64,000 bases of DNA from Heterodontus francisci (taxonomy: Eukaryota), in contig NC_090390.1 of the NCBI RefSeq assembly GCF_036365525.1, forward strand, positions 40,521,993 to 40,585,992, in the 5' to 3' direction. Under the pieces are notes generated by a model, which saw only the letters and a list, made by a program, of their open reading frames with translations, was not told where the DNA came from and did not search any database. Shown here one piece after another: positions 13,640 through 26,490 of this stretch. How positions within the stretch are numbered: the stretch's first letter is position 1; every line of letters begins with the position of its first letter. The translations under genes and the position numbers were made by a program.

Positions 13640-14040
13640 TTTCAAATGCTTGGTCTACATAGTTTTCCAGCTAACAGTTTTACGCAGCACAAAACCAATA
13701 GTGGGCCCCAAAGAAAACTGGACAATCCTAGCTAATGATGTCTGGCAGAAACTACAGACACAGGGGGATGTGGCAGCTTATAACAAGGCCCATGGAACTA
13801 CCAGGATCATTATTGTGTATGCCAGTATTTCAGATATCTGAGAACATCAGGAGCATCCTACAGTACAACCTTCCAGAAACATCATTATCTGCTGCATGCT
13901 ATACAACTTTGCTATTCAGAGACCTGAAATCCAGGCTAGAGCAGGACACAGACACTGACCAAGAGGATGCAACTGCAAACACAACAGTGCAACCTAAAGC
14001 ACTGGTACTCTAGGCACTCATCCAAGATACATTCAGCCTG
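13640..14040 (+). pseudogene. Decayed Harbinger (HARBI1-like) transposase C-terminus
   Basis: Across frameshifts: AYNKAHGTTRIII, FRYLRTSGA, LQYN, IIICCMLYNFAIQR, ALIQDTFS. Confidence 0.75.
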
Positions 14041-14349
14041 AGCTTCCATTTAAAGGATCAGGTGTAAAACCTGATCTTTAAACACTTTCTGCAACACTGC
14101 CCACTGCACTTCCTTAAATATCACTACCAGCTGCTGCTCTTCTACCTTATTCTACACCAGGGGTTCTCAAGCGGGGGTCCATGAGAAGGTTTCAAAGCTC
14201 CATTAAAATAACAAATTCCTAAGCCATTCTCAGGATATTGCTGAATGGTACCTGTGTCTACTGTGGAAACTGCCACTTGACCCCAAAGGCTCATGGTCAA
14301 TATTCGCCATGTTGTCAAGGAGATGGCAACCAGTCTCAGTGGGCATGCT

Positions 14350-16250
14350 CCACTCGGCTCATTAGTAATGGGCAAGAGGAGAAGCGAGAACTGGTACGGC
14401 CGTCAACACCATAAGTCTCATCAAAGAGTAGGATCTATTAGGGGCCACAAGGATAATCTGTGCTTGGAGGCAGAGAATGTCAGTGTGGTTTTTAATGAGT
14501 ATTTGTGTCTGCTTTCACAAAAGAGAGGGATGATACAAATATTGCAATCAGGGAGGAGGAGTGTGAAATATTAGATGAAATTAACATTGTGAGAGAGGAA
14601 GTATTACGGGGTTTAACATCTTTGAAAGTGGATAAATCACCAGGCTCAAACGAAATGTATCCTAGTCTGTTAGGTGAAGCAAGAGGAGAAATAGTGGAGG
14701 CTCTGACCGTCAATTTCCAATCCTCTTTGGCTACAGGTGTGGTGCCAGAGGACTGGAGGACAGCTAATTGTTTAAAAAAGGAGAAAGGGATAGACCAAGT
14801 AATTACAGGCCATTTCGCCTAACATCGGTGGTGGGAAAATTATTGGAAAAAGTTCTGAGGGGTAGGATAAATCTTCATTTAGAAATACTCAGATTAATCA
14901 AAGATAGTCAGCATGGATTTGTTAAGGGAAGGTCGTGCCTGACTAACATGATTGAATTTTCTGAGGAGATAACAAGGAGGGTTGATGATGGTAGTGCATT
15001 TGATGTAGTCTATATGGATTTTAGCAAGGCTTTTGATAAGGCTCCACATGGCAGACTGGTCACAAAAGTAAAAGCCCATGGGATCCAAGGAAAAGTGGCA
15101 AGTTGGATCCAAAATTGGCTCAAGACGCAGGAAGCAAAGGGTAATGGTTGATAGGTGTTTTTGTGACTGGAAAGCTGTTTCCATTGGGTTCCGCGGGGCT
15201 CAGTACTAGATCCCCTGCTTTTTGTGGAATATATCAATGATTTGGACTGGAATGTAGGGGTTATGGTTAAGAAGTTTGCAGACGTTACGAAAAACGGCCG
15301 TGTGGTTGATAATAAAAAAGAAAGTTGTAGACTGCAGGAAGGTATCAATGGATGTGTCGGATGGGTGGAGGAATGACAAATGGAGTTCAGTCCAGGGATA
15401 TGAGGTAATGCATTTGGGGAAGGCTAACAAGGCAAGGGAATATACCATAAAAGGCAGATAAGGCAATCAAGAAAGCATACGGGATACTTGCCTTTATTAG
15501 CCGAGGATTATAGGTAATAAGAGCTGGGTGATAATGCTGGAATTGTTTAAAATACTAGTGAGGCCACAGCTGGAGTACTGCGTGTAGTTCTGGTCATACT
15601 ATAGGAAAGATGTGATTGCACTAGAGAGGGTACAAAGGTGATTTACAAGAATATTGCCTGGACTGGACAATTTTAGTTATGAGGAAAGATTGGATAAGTT
15701 AGGGTTGTTTTCTTTGGAACAGAGGAGGCTGAAGGGATGTGGGCATTGCTGGAAAGGCCAGCATTTGTTACTCATCCCTAACTGCCCTTGAGAAGGTGGT
15801 GGTGAGCCATCTTCTTGAACCACTGCAGTCCACTTGATGTAGGTGCACAGACAGTGCTGTTCAGAAGGGAGTTCCAGGTTTTTGACCCAGTCACACTGAA
15901 CGAACGGTGATAAAATTCCAAGTCAGGATAGGAAGGCCCTATTCCCCTTGGTTGAGGGGTCCATAAGCAGGGGGCATATTTTTAGGGTAAGAGGTTTAGA
16001 GGGGATTCGAGGGGAAAGAAATTTCTTCTCGAGGGTGATGGAGATCTGGAACTCACTGACTAAAAGCATGCTCGAGGCAGAAAAGTTCATAACTTTTAAA
16101 AAGTACTTGGATATGCACTTGAAGTGCCGTAACCTACAAGTATATGGACGAAGAGCTGGAAAGTGGGTTTAGGCTGGATGGTTCCTTGTCGGCCACTGGG
16201 GACATAATGGGCCAAATGGCCGCCTTCTGTGCTGTAAATTTCTGTGATTC
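14350..16250 (+). mobile_element. Degenerate CR1 LINE (RT region to 3' end)
   Basis: NYRPFRLTSVVGKLLE, QHGFVKGRSCLTN, YMDFSKAFDK, with frameshifts and a CR1 3' UTR. Confidence 0.9.
15735..15929 (-). mobile_element. Family-B LINE 3' fragment embedded in the CR1
   Basis: Matches 61072-61267 in the same orientation. Confidence 0.8.
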
Positions 16251-17744
16251 ACTTTATTAGCTCTATGAAAAGTGAGAGCTGGTTGTGATTTAAGTGACAC
16301 TGTACCTCTGTGTGCCAGAGGTTCCTGATCTGCTTCTTTTTCCTGGAGAGTCTCTCTCTCATTAGGTATTCACTGTGTAAAACCATTGTTCATTGCATTA
16401 CCACCACTGGGAGTGAAGAAAATTAAGTAATTAAAAATACTGCAGCTGAATAAGGAAGACCCACTTGTGGGAATTCTGGATACATACAGAAGATAAGGAA
16501 ATCAGCCAGAATACGTGAAGTAGCAGTAGCCTCATGGGGGGAGGGGTGGGGAGAGATCAGCAGCATGACAGTCTCCCAGGCTTTCTTTGGCATCCATGGA
16601 TGTTTTGCTTGTGGAAGTGAGGCCTATAGAGAAAGGATTCCTGGGGGAACTGAGAACAGGAAAATCCATAAAAGGTTGCTACAGACTTTATGGAGGCAGG
16701 TTGCACAGATGACCACACAGGTTTAATGTCCCCACAACGTTGGCCAAAGTAAATGAAGACACTATTCCCCATTCACAACCTATAAGAATGATAGAGGCAC
16801 CTCCTTACTTGTTATATCCTCTCTGTGCCATTAATCATCGGACTGATTTTGAGTGGTAATGTGTGCGGTCAGTATCAAACTCTTCAAAAGCATTCTCTGC
16901 TGGCCCAGGTTTAAACAGCAGTCCAACACAAGAAAAAAACCCATCTCAAGAAAGTCATTTTTGTTTAATGGCTTACACTGTTAAAAGGAAAAAGTTTTTT
17001 TTTGTTTTTTATCATCATTGCATCTTCCACTCCTCCCTCAGTTGCTATTTATAAATGCACAGCCTGAGTAAGAGTATACTTTCAGTATTGTAGTCCACAG
17101 GAGCAGGCTGAAAATTGTAATTGCCCTGATTCACCTCTCTTTCACACACATACACAATTTCTCCAGAGGAACCGGAGATCGCTCATCCTTTTTACCTTCC
17201 CACATGACACAGGATGTCTGATTTACTGTGTGCATTAAGTTGTCAACAGCAACAAAAACCTTTCAGCACTCGGGGACAAGTAAAAGGTTTTACTCTTGGC
17301 TCGCCCTTCAGAGAGAAGGGTCAAGCAATATGTTTGCAGACATTTCTAATATTGATTAACTAATTGTATGGGTAATTTTAGTCATTTGATCAGAATTGTA
17401 TTTTTTTATGTTTATGTCAATAATATTTGGATTGATTTAGACTTGGTTCCAAATTTTCAATGTTTAAAATAAGAGATTAAACAAAACAAAAAGCATAAAA
17501 ATGTATCAATTTCACAATAACATGATTAAGTTTATCCATTGATTTGTCTGATGTGTCTTGCAATGGCTACATTATAGTTTTTACTTGAAGGCTTCATATC
17601 AATATGTTGTGAACATGTGCATTTTGCAGAATGTCCCAGCATGCAATCTGTGTTCTGAGGAGTTGAAATATCTTCTCATTTTTCTAAGAAACTTTGAAAG
17701 AAACAGAGATTGAATTCTCAAAACCTTCATTTCAAACAAATGAT

Positions 17745-20035
17745 TTGTGTTGGCATCCTTCCATCTACGAAAGATGATGGACACACAGCAAACAATCCAT
17801 TTAGGTGGCGTGTCTTCTCTTGGTGCACCTTTCCTATTGGCTGTGAAGGCCAATCCTTAAGACGCAGGTTCTGCCATAAGTGCCAAATGTGAAGCTGCTG
17901 TGAGTTGCTGCTTTTGACATTGGTGCCTGTTGCCAAGCTGCTGTAGCCACTGGTCATCATGGTAGTGCACACCATTCCACAGGATGTGTCGCCATTTTTC
18001 TCTTTCACCAGCTAGTGACTCCCAGGTGCAAGAGTCGATATTTAGGGCCTTCATGTCACGCTTCAAGCATCCTTGAAGCAGAGCTTTGGGTGCCCCACTG
18101 GTCGTCTGGCCCTGGCTACCTCACCATACACTAGGTCCTTGGGTATGTGATCATCTTCCATCCTGTGGACGTGTCCAATCCATCAAAGCTGCCTCTGTTT
18201 GATTAGTGGCAATACATTTGGGAGCTCTGCCTTTGAGAGGACTGCCTCATTTGTGATTTTGTTCTGCCAGGATATACCCACAATACGCTGCAGACAACGA
18301 AGATGGAAATTATTGAGCTTCTTTTCCTGGTAACTGTAAGTCGTCTGTGTTTCACAGCCATACAGCAAGGTGCTGAGAACATAGGCCTTATAAACCATCA
18401 GCTTGCTCCTAAGGGTCAGCTTGGTGTTATCCCGTGTGCATTTCGCAAGTTGGCCGAAGGTGGTAGCTACTTTCCCTGCAGCTCACAGTAGTGTTCAGCC
18501 CAGCAGGACATCTGTTTACTTCTGTCGGTGAGTACTCCACCATCTGCCGACTTCAGCGGAGCAAATTTGCTGATGACAGGGCCAAGCGCCCTCGTGATCC
18601 CTTCATAGATAGCTCATAGATTACAGGCAGTTTGGATTTCTTGCCATAAGTTGATCCAGTGTTTGTTTGCGCAGTATCTGCCTGTCGTTTGCATGGCTGT
18701 CTTAGCTACTTTCAGGTGGTGCAGTGTCTTAGCTTTTGGGTTTAGGTTGTGCCTATGTAGACTTTGTTTTTTGCATCAATGACAGATATCATCTTAGCTG
18801 AGTAGGTCTCAAACCAACCCTTGTTGGAGGTTCCGCCTTTACCAAATGATGCTTCTGCTGCTTCGTAGATTATTGAACTTAGTGACTTCCAAGCTTCATC
18901 AATGCCAGCATCGGTGCTTCCAGTTAAGGCTTTGTTGGGCAGCAAGCATTCTAGCAACAGTGTGAAGTGCTGGTATTTGACATCACTGCTTGTGCATGAC
19001 AGGCCATCATATTTGGAGCTGTGGAACTTTCGGGGGTGCACCTTCACTCTGTTCCTGACAAGAGAGTGCTTGCTGTCGCAGTCTGCCCTGTGGTAGTTGC
19101 TGGTGTGAAGAACACTGGGCAGATTGCACCCCCTCGTGATGACTAGGTCTAGTTGGTGTCGAGGTCTAGGCCATGCAACCCTTGTAGCGATTGTCTGCCC
19201 TGGAAGAAGGTGTTGGTGATGCAGAGTTCATTCAGGGCACAAAGCTCAAGAAGGTGTTGTCTGTTAGTGTTGATCCTGCCCACCCCAAGACGACCGAGGC
19301 ACAATGGCCATGAATCACTGTCTGCCGCAACACATGTATTGAAGTCACCCAGGATGAATAGCTTCTCGCCATTTGGGATGTTCCACAGAACGTCACCTAG
19401 GGAGTCATAGAAATGCTCTTTACCTGAGATGCTGGCGTTCAGAGTTGGCACGTAGGCACATATGATGTTGACTGTCTCTCCCTCGGATGATAACCACAGG
19501 GAGATGAGATGCTCCGAGGTTTCTTCTGGTGGCTTAATTGACTGTGTCAGCTGGTTGCTCACTGTGAAGCCTACACTATGCTCATAGTGATCTTCAGCAC
19601 TCTTTCCATACCAGTAGAAAGTGTAATTAGCCTGTGTTGGCTAATCTGGTTTCTTGTAGAGTGGCAATGTCAACACTAAGCTTGTGTAGCTCACGGTCAA
19701 TCAGAGCTGTCTTGCGTACACTTGCTGTGGAATGTGGTTTGTTGTTCATTCCAGGGCACATAGTCCTCACATTCCAGCGTCCAAGTCAAAAGGTTGTTTG
19801 CTGTTCCTTGCTTGCTGTGTAGCCTAGGCATGGTTTTAGGAGGTGCAGACTTGCCTAGCGTCTGCACCACTCTCTCGACCTCGCAGGCTGGTGTTCAGAG
19901 GAAAGATGAAAGCCTATATGTCTGGGGCCTCTTTGGTTGCAGGAGTTGCCGGAAGGTGCTAACTTGAGGGAAACACCAACAGCCTAATGGGACTCCACTC
20001 CAGATTTTGTCAGGTTTACTCCTTTAGCCATTAGC
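17745..20035 (-). mobile_element. RTE-clade LINE with internal deletion of the RT domain
   Basis: APE motifs WNVRTM, DIATLQET, LGDFN, LCITNTFF and C-terminal LSTLLYGCET, FHLRCLQRI. The linker WAEHYCEL joins directly to the post-RT GKVATTFGQL near 18475. Confidence 0.85.
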
Positions 20036-20037
20036 TC

Positions 20038-20067
20038 TTGTTGTTGTTGTTATTGTTATTATTATTA
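20038..20067 (+). repeat. (TTG)n(TTA)n microsatellite
   Basis: Read directly from the sequence. Confidence 0.9.
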
Positions 20068-20987
20068 ATGTTGAAGGCACTGACCAGCAGGGCCCAGATC
20101 ACCACAAACACAGTTGAACTTGTCCTCCAGTTGTACAAAGGAAGCAGCTCCAGGTTACCATTTCTTGCCTGCAGGATGCCACCTCTATCCCCCCCAACCC
20201 TCCAGCCACGTCTGTGCATGTTCTGTATTAACAGAGTAAATTGACATGAGGTCTTTACTGGAAGTAGCCATGTTGAAACCTTATGTACACCTCCCAACAG
20301 AGAGGCAGCAGAGAGGTATTATAACTGTATACAAATGCTTAGCTATCACAATACAATCAGCCAGTTCAATACAGTACATTACAGTGCTCTTCATCTGCAC
20401 TCTCCATCTTATCCTTCGCTGCTGTTGGTGTCTCCAGCCAGGTCCGTGTTCTTCCCTCACTCTCTGCTTTTCTGTTATAAATGCCTTGCAAAAAATACAG
20501 AACAGTTGTTACGTGAGAAACATGACTGAATAACAACTGCTGCTCATAGCTTTTTTGTTGATGTTTGGAAAGGAAAACACTGGTTGTTCATAGAAACTAA
20601 ATTTCTTTATAAGTCAATTATCACTTTTGATTATATGGGTGTGATTTCAAATCGTTCAAAACCTATCCATTTGCACAGTGTTAAAATTGGGCCCTATATA
20701 TGCGGCTAAAATATCTCTCCTGAATCATTTTGAGGCTTATTGCTTTATTTTACCTAAATACTTGAAACAGCTACTAACATCATGATGATTTACCACCCGC
20801 CTCTGTCCCCACCCACACAACTGCCACCTGTGTTAAAATTGGGGCTACTAATAGTGCATTCCTGGTACATACTGGGACTGTATATCAGGAAATTACATGC
20901 TTCTAGACTGTGATTTTCCATTTAGCACTTATCAGTAGAAAAAGCTATGCTTAAATGCTTGAAGTCAAGAGCATAAATAAAGAAGAA

Positions 20988-21640
20988 GGAAAGACTGGCA
21001 TTTATACAGTGCAGGATGTCCCAAAACACTTTCCAGCCAATGAAGTACTTTATTAAGGAATTGTTATTATTGTAATGCAACAAATGCAGCAGCCAACTTT
21101 GTGCACAGCAAACTCCCACAAACATCCATGTGGTAGTAACCAGGTAAGTTTTTTTTAGTGATGTTTCTTCAGGAATATAGACTGGCCATGATGCCAAGCA
21201 GTGGTGTTGTGGGATCTTTTACATCACCAGAGAGGGCAAACGGATCCTTGGTTTAACATTTTGTCGGAAAGAAGGTATCTCCAATAGTGCAGCACTCCTT
21301 CTGTGTTATAGTACGGTTAGCCAGGTGGTGAATGATAGAACTGGAGCCAATCTTTACATACTTTTACAAACTTTTATTTACAGAGATACACAGCACTTAT
21401 AAGCATCTCCTAACCTGACTACCACAGTTTCAGTCTGTTCCTCTTTATAGGAGCACAAGTGAGCCCCTTGATAATGCCCACCACCTGTATATAATTAAAC
21501 ACTATTAATATACAATTAACACACAATACTGCAATGGAGTGCCAGCTTAAATTTTGTGTTTAAGTCCCTGGAGTGGGACTTGAACCCACAATCTTCTGGC
21601 TCAGATGTGAAATTGGTACCAATGAACCAGGGCTGTCACG
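20988..21640 (-). mobile_element. tRNA-derived DeuSINE (SacSINE1-like) interrupted by an LTR-like insert
   Basis: B box gggttcaagtccc on the minus strand, Deu-like core (gagtgctgcactattggag), and an L2-like tail (tataaatgc). Confidence 0.7.
21304..21521 (-). mobile_element. Short solo-LTR-like insert within the SINE
   Basis: Ends tgtta...taaca, with tataaa and aataaa on the minus strand. The SINE sequence resumes on both sides. Confidence 0.6.
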
Positions 21641-22001
21641 GAAATGTTGTGCCTAAGTGGAAATAGAGTGACTGATCTGCATCAGAGCATAACTTTGTGC
21701 CAACAGACTATAACAACTGCCTGGAAAAGAACAAAATTAAGACTAACTGCAAAAGCAGAAGGCAAGTCTATTACTGTTTTCTATGGGTCTTGTTTATTCA
21801 CAGTGACTTTTTGTAAAAACATGCAGGGAAATACAATCTATTCATCTGCCTCCCTCTAATTGTTAATAATATGAGTCGGGTTAGTTTGAGTTATTTCCTC
21901 AATGGATATTGATCAACATCACAAAACTATGAGCATTTGTACAATTCACATTAAACAGTCAGAAATATGCTGCTTTAGGGAAATCTAATTTCCAAACTAT
22001 T

Positions 22002-22763
22002 GGCCCAGATTTTGCAGTCATACAGCAAAGTGATGGCGCTTGCCACTGAAATCTAAGAACACTGCCCACAATGATATAGCAATCTCTGTGGGATGGATTT
22101 CATCTTTCCCGAGATTAATTTGAATCTGGCACTAAGTCAAGGGGGTCTTCAGGTATCCAGCAACAGTGATGTCATCAGGCATGGTAAGCAGCCAATCGCA
22201 TTGAAGAATTCTCACACACTGAAAATTAGGAAGTAAGATACATTGATTATCATTCACTTTAAAAAAAAAATTACAGGGAGCGAAATATAGATTGGGACAT
22301 ACACGTTAGGAGCTGAAATATCGTAAACAGACTTTAAAACAATCATTTTTACTATATTAAAAAAACTATGGTGTTTTTTATCCTAATGGAAAAATTTGGC
22401 ATTACACAAACACAAAATTAGCTTTTCAGGGCCAGTGAGGCTATTCAGCAGTAATTGTGCTTAGTACACAGTTAAAAATCCAGTTACACTTCATTAACAA
22501 GGCATAACCTTTTCGGGGTTTTTTAACAGTGATATTATTGCGTATAAGGGGAAGTTCTCGCAGTTCAGTGATTTCTAAAGATTGATGTATGTGACGACTT
22601 CAGCAGTGCACTCTGTTGAGGAGCAGGGAATCACTTATAACAACTTCTGATCTCTGCGTTTAACTGCACATGTGCGGATGCCAGATGTTGCTATTATTTT
22701 CACAACTGTAATGATGGTGAACGCTGCCAGTTTTTCTGTCTGTACAAATGCAAAATTTGGACC
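22002..22763. mobile_element. Non-autonomous Harbinger-type element
   Basis: TIRs ggcccagattttgca / tgcaaaatttggacc and a 3-bp TSD att (21999-22001, 22764-22766). Confidence 0.75.
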
Positions 22764-23295
22764 ATTACCTTTCTAATAGGAATGAATTTTCAGACTTTAA
22801 GAAATTTGCGACTTCATTACCAGTTCCAATAACTGTTGGTAAGAAAGTCTAGTTAGACCACCATGGAACACAGACACCACTCCTTAGTTTGTCAGCTGAT
22901 GCAGATAACTACTACTCACCACTGGAGCAATAGGGACTGGCTGCAATGTGTGAATGAATATCCATCATAAAACTAACAGATCATCAAAGGCAGATGTCGT
23001 CTCTGGATTTTTAAAAAAATAAAACATTTTTGTTAATTGTTTGGCTTCAACCATACCTGACAGATGTTTACAACTGTCCCTTCGGATTGGAACATCACAA
23101 AATAATATCACAAGTATGCAGAGAAGAACATTTTGGCCCTGTGCACCCACATTGCCACCTTCTCAAGGGAAAGTCAAAATTTGGTGATTGGCAAATCAAT
23201 CTCAACTGGTTTAAATCCACTTACCTCATGTTCACATTTTGGTTAAACGTTCATCTCTCCTGCTTGAATGCAAAGAGCAACCGAGTTCTGGAATA

Positions 23296-23558
23296 AAAAT
23301 AGAAAGTGCTGGAAAAGACTTAGCAGTTCTGGCAGTATTTCTGGAAAGATAAACAATTAAGACTTCAGATCAATCACATTTCATCAGAACTGGACAATGT
23401 CTCAGGGTCCAGAAATACATTGACAGTATTTCAGTTCTGAATGAAATATCATTGACCTGAAAAATTAATTATTTTGCTGTCCACAGATGCTGCCTGACCT
23501 GCTGAATGTTTCCCAGCATTTTCCCTTTTTATTTCAGATTTGCGGCATCTACATTATA
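23296..23558. mobile_element. Fold-back Penelope-like fragment (two inverted arms)
   Basis: The arms are inverted relatives of 55420-55554. Flanked by the 12-bp direct repeat agttctggaata (23284-23295, 23559-23570). Confidence 0.65.
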
Positions 23559-23728
23559 AGTTCTGGAATACCTGAGCCTTAATAATGCTAAAACTGAAAA
23601 GCTTCATTGTAAATTTTGAAAATTATGATTTTGCAATAGGAAAATTACATATTACCCTTTAAAGCTCAATAGAAAATTAACAGAAATGTTAGTAAGCCTG
23701 TACACCAAACACCACAACTGTAACTCTG

Positions 23729-26490
23729 CATAGAACATAGAACAGTACAGCACAGTACAGGCCCTTCGGCCCACGATGTTGTGCCGAACCTTTAACCTAC
23801 TCTAAGATCAAACTAACTACCTACCCTTCATTCTACTATCATCCATGTACCTATCCAAGAGTCGCTTAAATGCCCCTAATGTATCTGCTTCTACTACTAC
23901 CGCTGGCAACGCATTCCACGCACCCACCACTCTCTGTGTAAAGGACCTACCTCTGACATCTCCCCGAAACCTTCCTCCAATCACCCTAAAATTATGCCCA
24001 TTGGTGATAGCCCTTTCCACCCTGGGAAAAAGTCTCTGACTATCCACTCTATCTATGCCTCTCATCATCTTGTACCCCTCTATCAAGTCACCTCTCATCC
24101 TTCTTCGCTCCAATGAGAAAAGCCCTAGCTCTCTCAATCTTTCTTCGTAGGACATGCCCTCCAGTCCAGGCAGCATCCTGGTAAATCTCCTCTGCACCCT
24201 CATTAAAGCTTCCACATCCTTCCTATAATGAGGCGACCAGAACTGAACACAATATTCTAAGTGTGGTCGAACCAGGGCCTTATAGAGCTGCAGCATAACC
24301 TCGCGGCTCTTAAACTCAATCCCCCTGTTAATGAAAGCCAACACACCATACGCCTTCTTAACAACCCTATCAACTTGGGTGGCAACTTTGAGCGATCTAT
24401 GGACATGGACCCCAAGATCCCTCTGTTCCTCCACACTACCAAGAATCCTGTCTTTAAGCCTGTATTCCGCATTCAAATTCGACCTTCCAAAATGAATCAC
24501 TTCACACTTTTCCAGGTTGAACTCCATCTGCTACTTCTCAGCCCAGCTCTGCATCCTGTCAATGTCCCATTGCAACCTACAACAGCCTTCCACACTATCC
24601 ACAACTCCAGCAACCTTCGTGTCATCGGCAAATCTGCGAACCCAGCCTTCCACTTCCTCATCCAAGTCATTTATAAAAATCACAAAGAGCAGAGGTCCCA
24701 GAACAGATCCTTGTGGAACACCACTGTTCACCGAGCTCCATGCTGAATACTTTCCATCTACTACCACCCTCTAACTTCTATGGGCCAGCCAATTTTGTAT
24801 CCAAACAGCTAACTTTCCCTGAATCCCATGCCTCCTTACTTTCTGAATGAGCCTACCATGGGGAACCTTATCAAACGCCTTACTAAAATCCACATACACC
24901 ACATCCACTGCTCTTCATTCATCAATGTGTTTTGTCACATCTTCAAAGAATTCAATAAGGCTTGTGAGGCATGACCTGCCCCTCACAAAGCCATGCTGAC
25001 TGTCTCTAATCAAACCATGCTTTTCCAAATAATCATAAATCCTGTCTCTCAGAATCCTCTCCAATAATTTGCCCACTACCGACGTAAGACTGACTGGTCT
25101 ATAATTCCCAGGATTATCCCTATTCCCTTTCTTGAACAAGGGAGCAACATTTGCCACCCTCCAATCATCCGGTACTACTCCAGTGGACAGTGAAGACGCA
25201 AAGATCATCGCCAAAGGCGCAGCAATCTCTTCCCTCGCTTCCCGTAATACCCTTGGGTATATCCCTTCTAGCCCCGGGGACTTATCTGTCCTCATATCAG
25301 TCAAAATTTCCAGCACATCCTCCCTCTTAACCTCAACCTGTTCAAGCATATCAGCCTGTTCCACGCTGTCCTCACGAACGACCAGGTTCCTCTCACTAGT
25401 GAATACTGAAGCAAAGTATTCATTTAGGACCTCCCCTACCTCCTCCGACTCCAGGCACAAGTTCCCTCCACTATCCCTGATCGTCCCTACCCTCACTCTG
25501 GTCATCCTCTTGTTCCTCACATAAGTGTAGAACACCTTGGGATTTTCCTTAATCCTACCCGCCAAGACTTTTCATGTCCCCTTCTAGCTCTCCTAAATCC
25601 ATTCTTCAGTTCCTTCCTGGCTACCTTGTAACCCTCTAGAGCCCTGTCTGATCCTTGCTTCCTCAACCTTAAGTAAGCTTCCTTCTTCCTCTTGACTAGC
25701 TGTTCCACATCTCCTGTCATCCAAGGTTCCTTCACCCTACCATCCCTTCCCTGCCTCAACGGGATAAACCTATCCATCAGTCGCAGCAAGTGCTCCCTAA
25801 ACAACCTCCACATTTCTGTCGTGCATTTCCCTGAGAACATCTGTTCCCAATTTATGCTACCCAGTTCCTGCCTAATAGCATTGTAATTCCCCCTCCCCCA
25901 ATTAAATATTTTCCCATCCCGTCTGCTCCTGTCCCTCTCCATGACCATAGTAAAGGTCAGGGAGTTGTGATCACTATCACTGAAATGCTCTCCCACCGAG
26001 AGATCTGCCACCTGGCCTTGTTCGTTGCCAAGCACCAAGTCCAACATAGTCTCCCCTCTAGTCGGCCTATCTACATATTGAGTCAGAAAACCTTCCTGGA
26101 CACACCTGACAAAAACTGCTCCATCCAAACTATTTGCACTAAGGAGGTTCCAATCAATAGTAGGGAAGTTGAAGTCACCCATGACAACAACCCTGTTACT
26201 TCTGCACCTTTCCAAAATCTGCCTCCCAATCTTTTCCTCCATGTCTCTGCTGCTATTGGGGGTTCTATAGAAAACTCCCAACAAAGTGACTGCTCCTTTC
26301 CTGTTTCTGACTTCCACCCATAATGACTCAGTAGACAAACCCTCCTCGACAACCTCCCTTTCTGCAGCTGTGATACTATCCCTGATTAGCAATGCCACTC
26401 CCCCACCTCTTTTACCTCCCTCCCTATTCCTTTTGAAACATCTAAACCCCGGAACATCCAACATCCATTCCTGCCCCTGTGATATCCACA
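23729..26490 (-). mobile_element. Young CR1 LINE, most of ORF2 (APE endonuclease plus RT) with few disablements
   Basis: ORFs 25517-26491 (MGDFN, SDH), 24915-25565 (NYRPVSLTS), 24531-24767 (GVPQGSVLGP, FADD) and 23817-24527, plus a (ctatgtt)n tail. Confidence 0.95.

Noticed and set aside
20031-20297. Poly-Leu and poly-Asn ORFs
   Set aside because: These are translations of the (TTG)n(TTA)n microsatellite.
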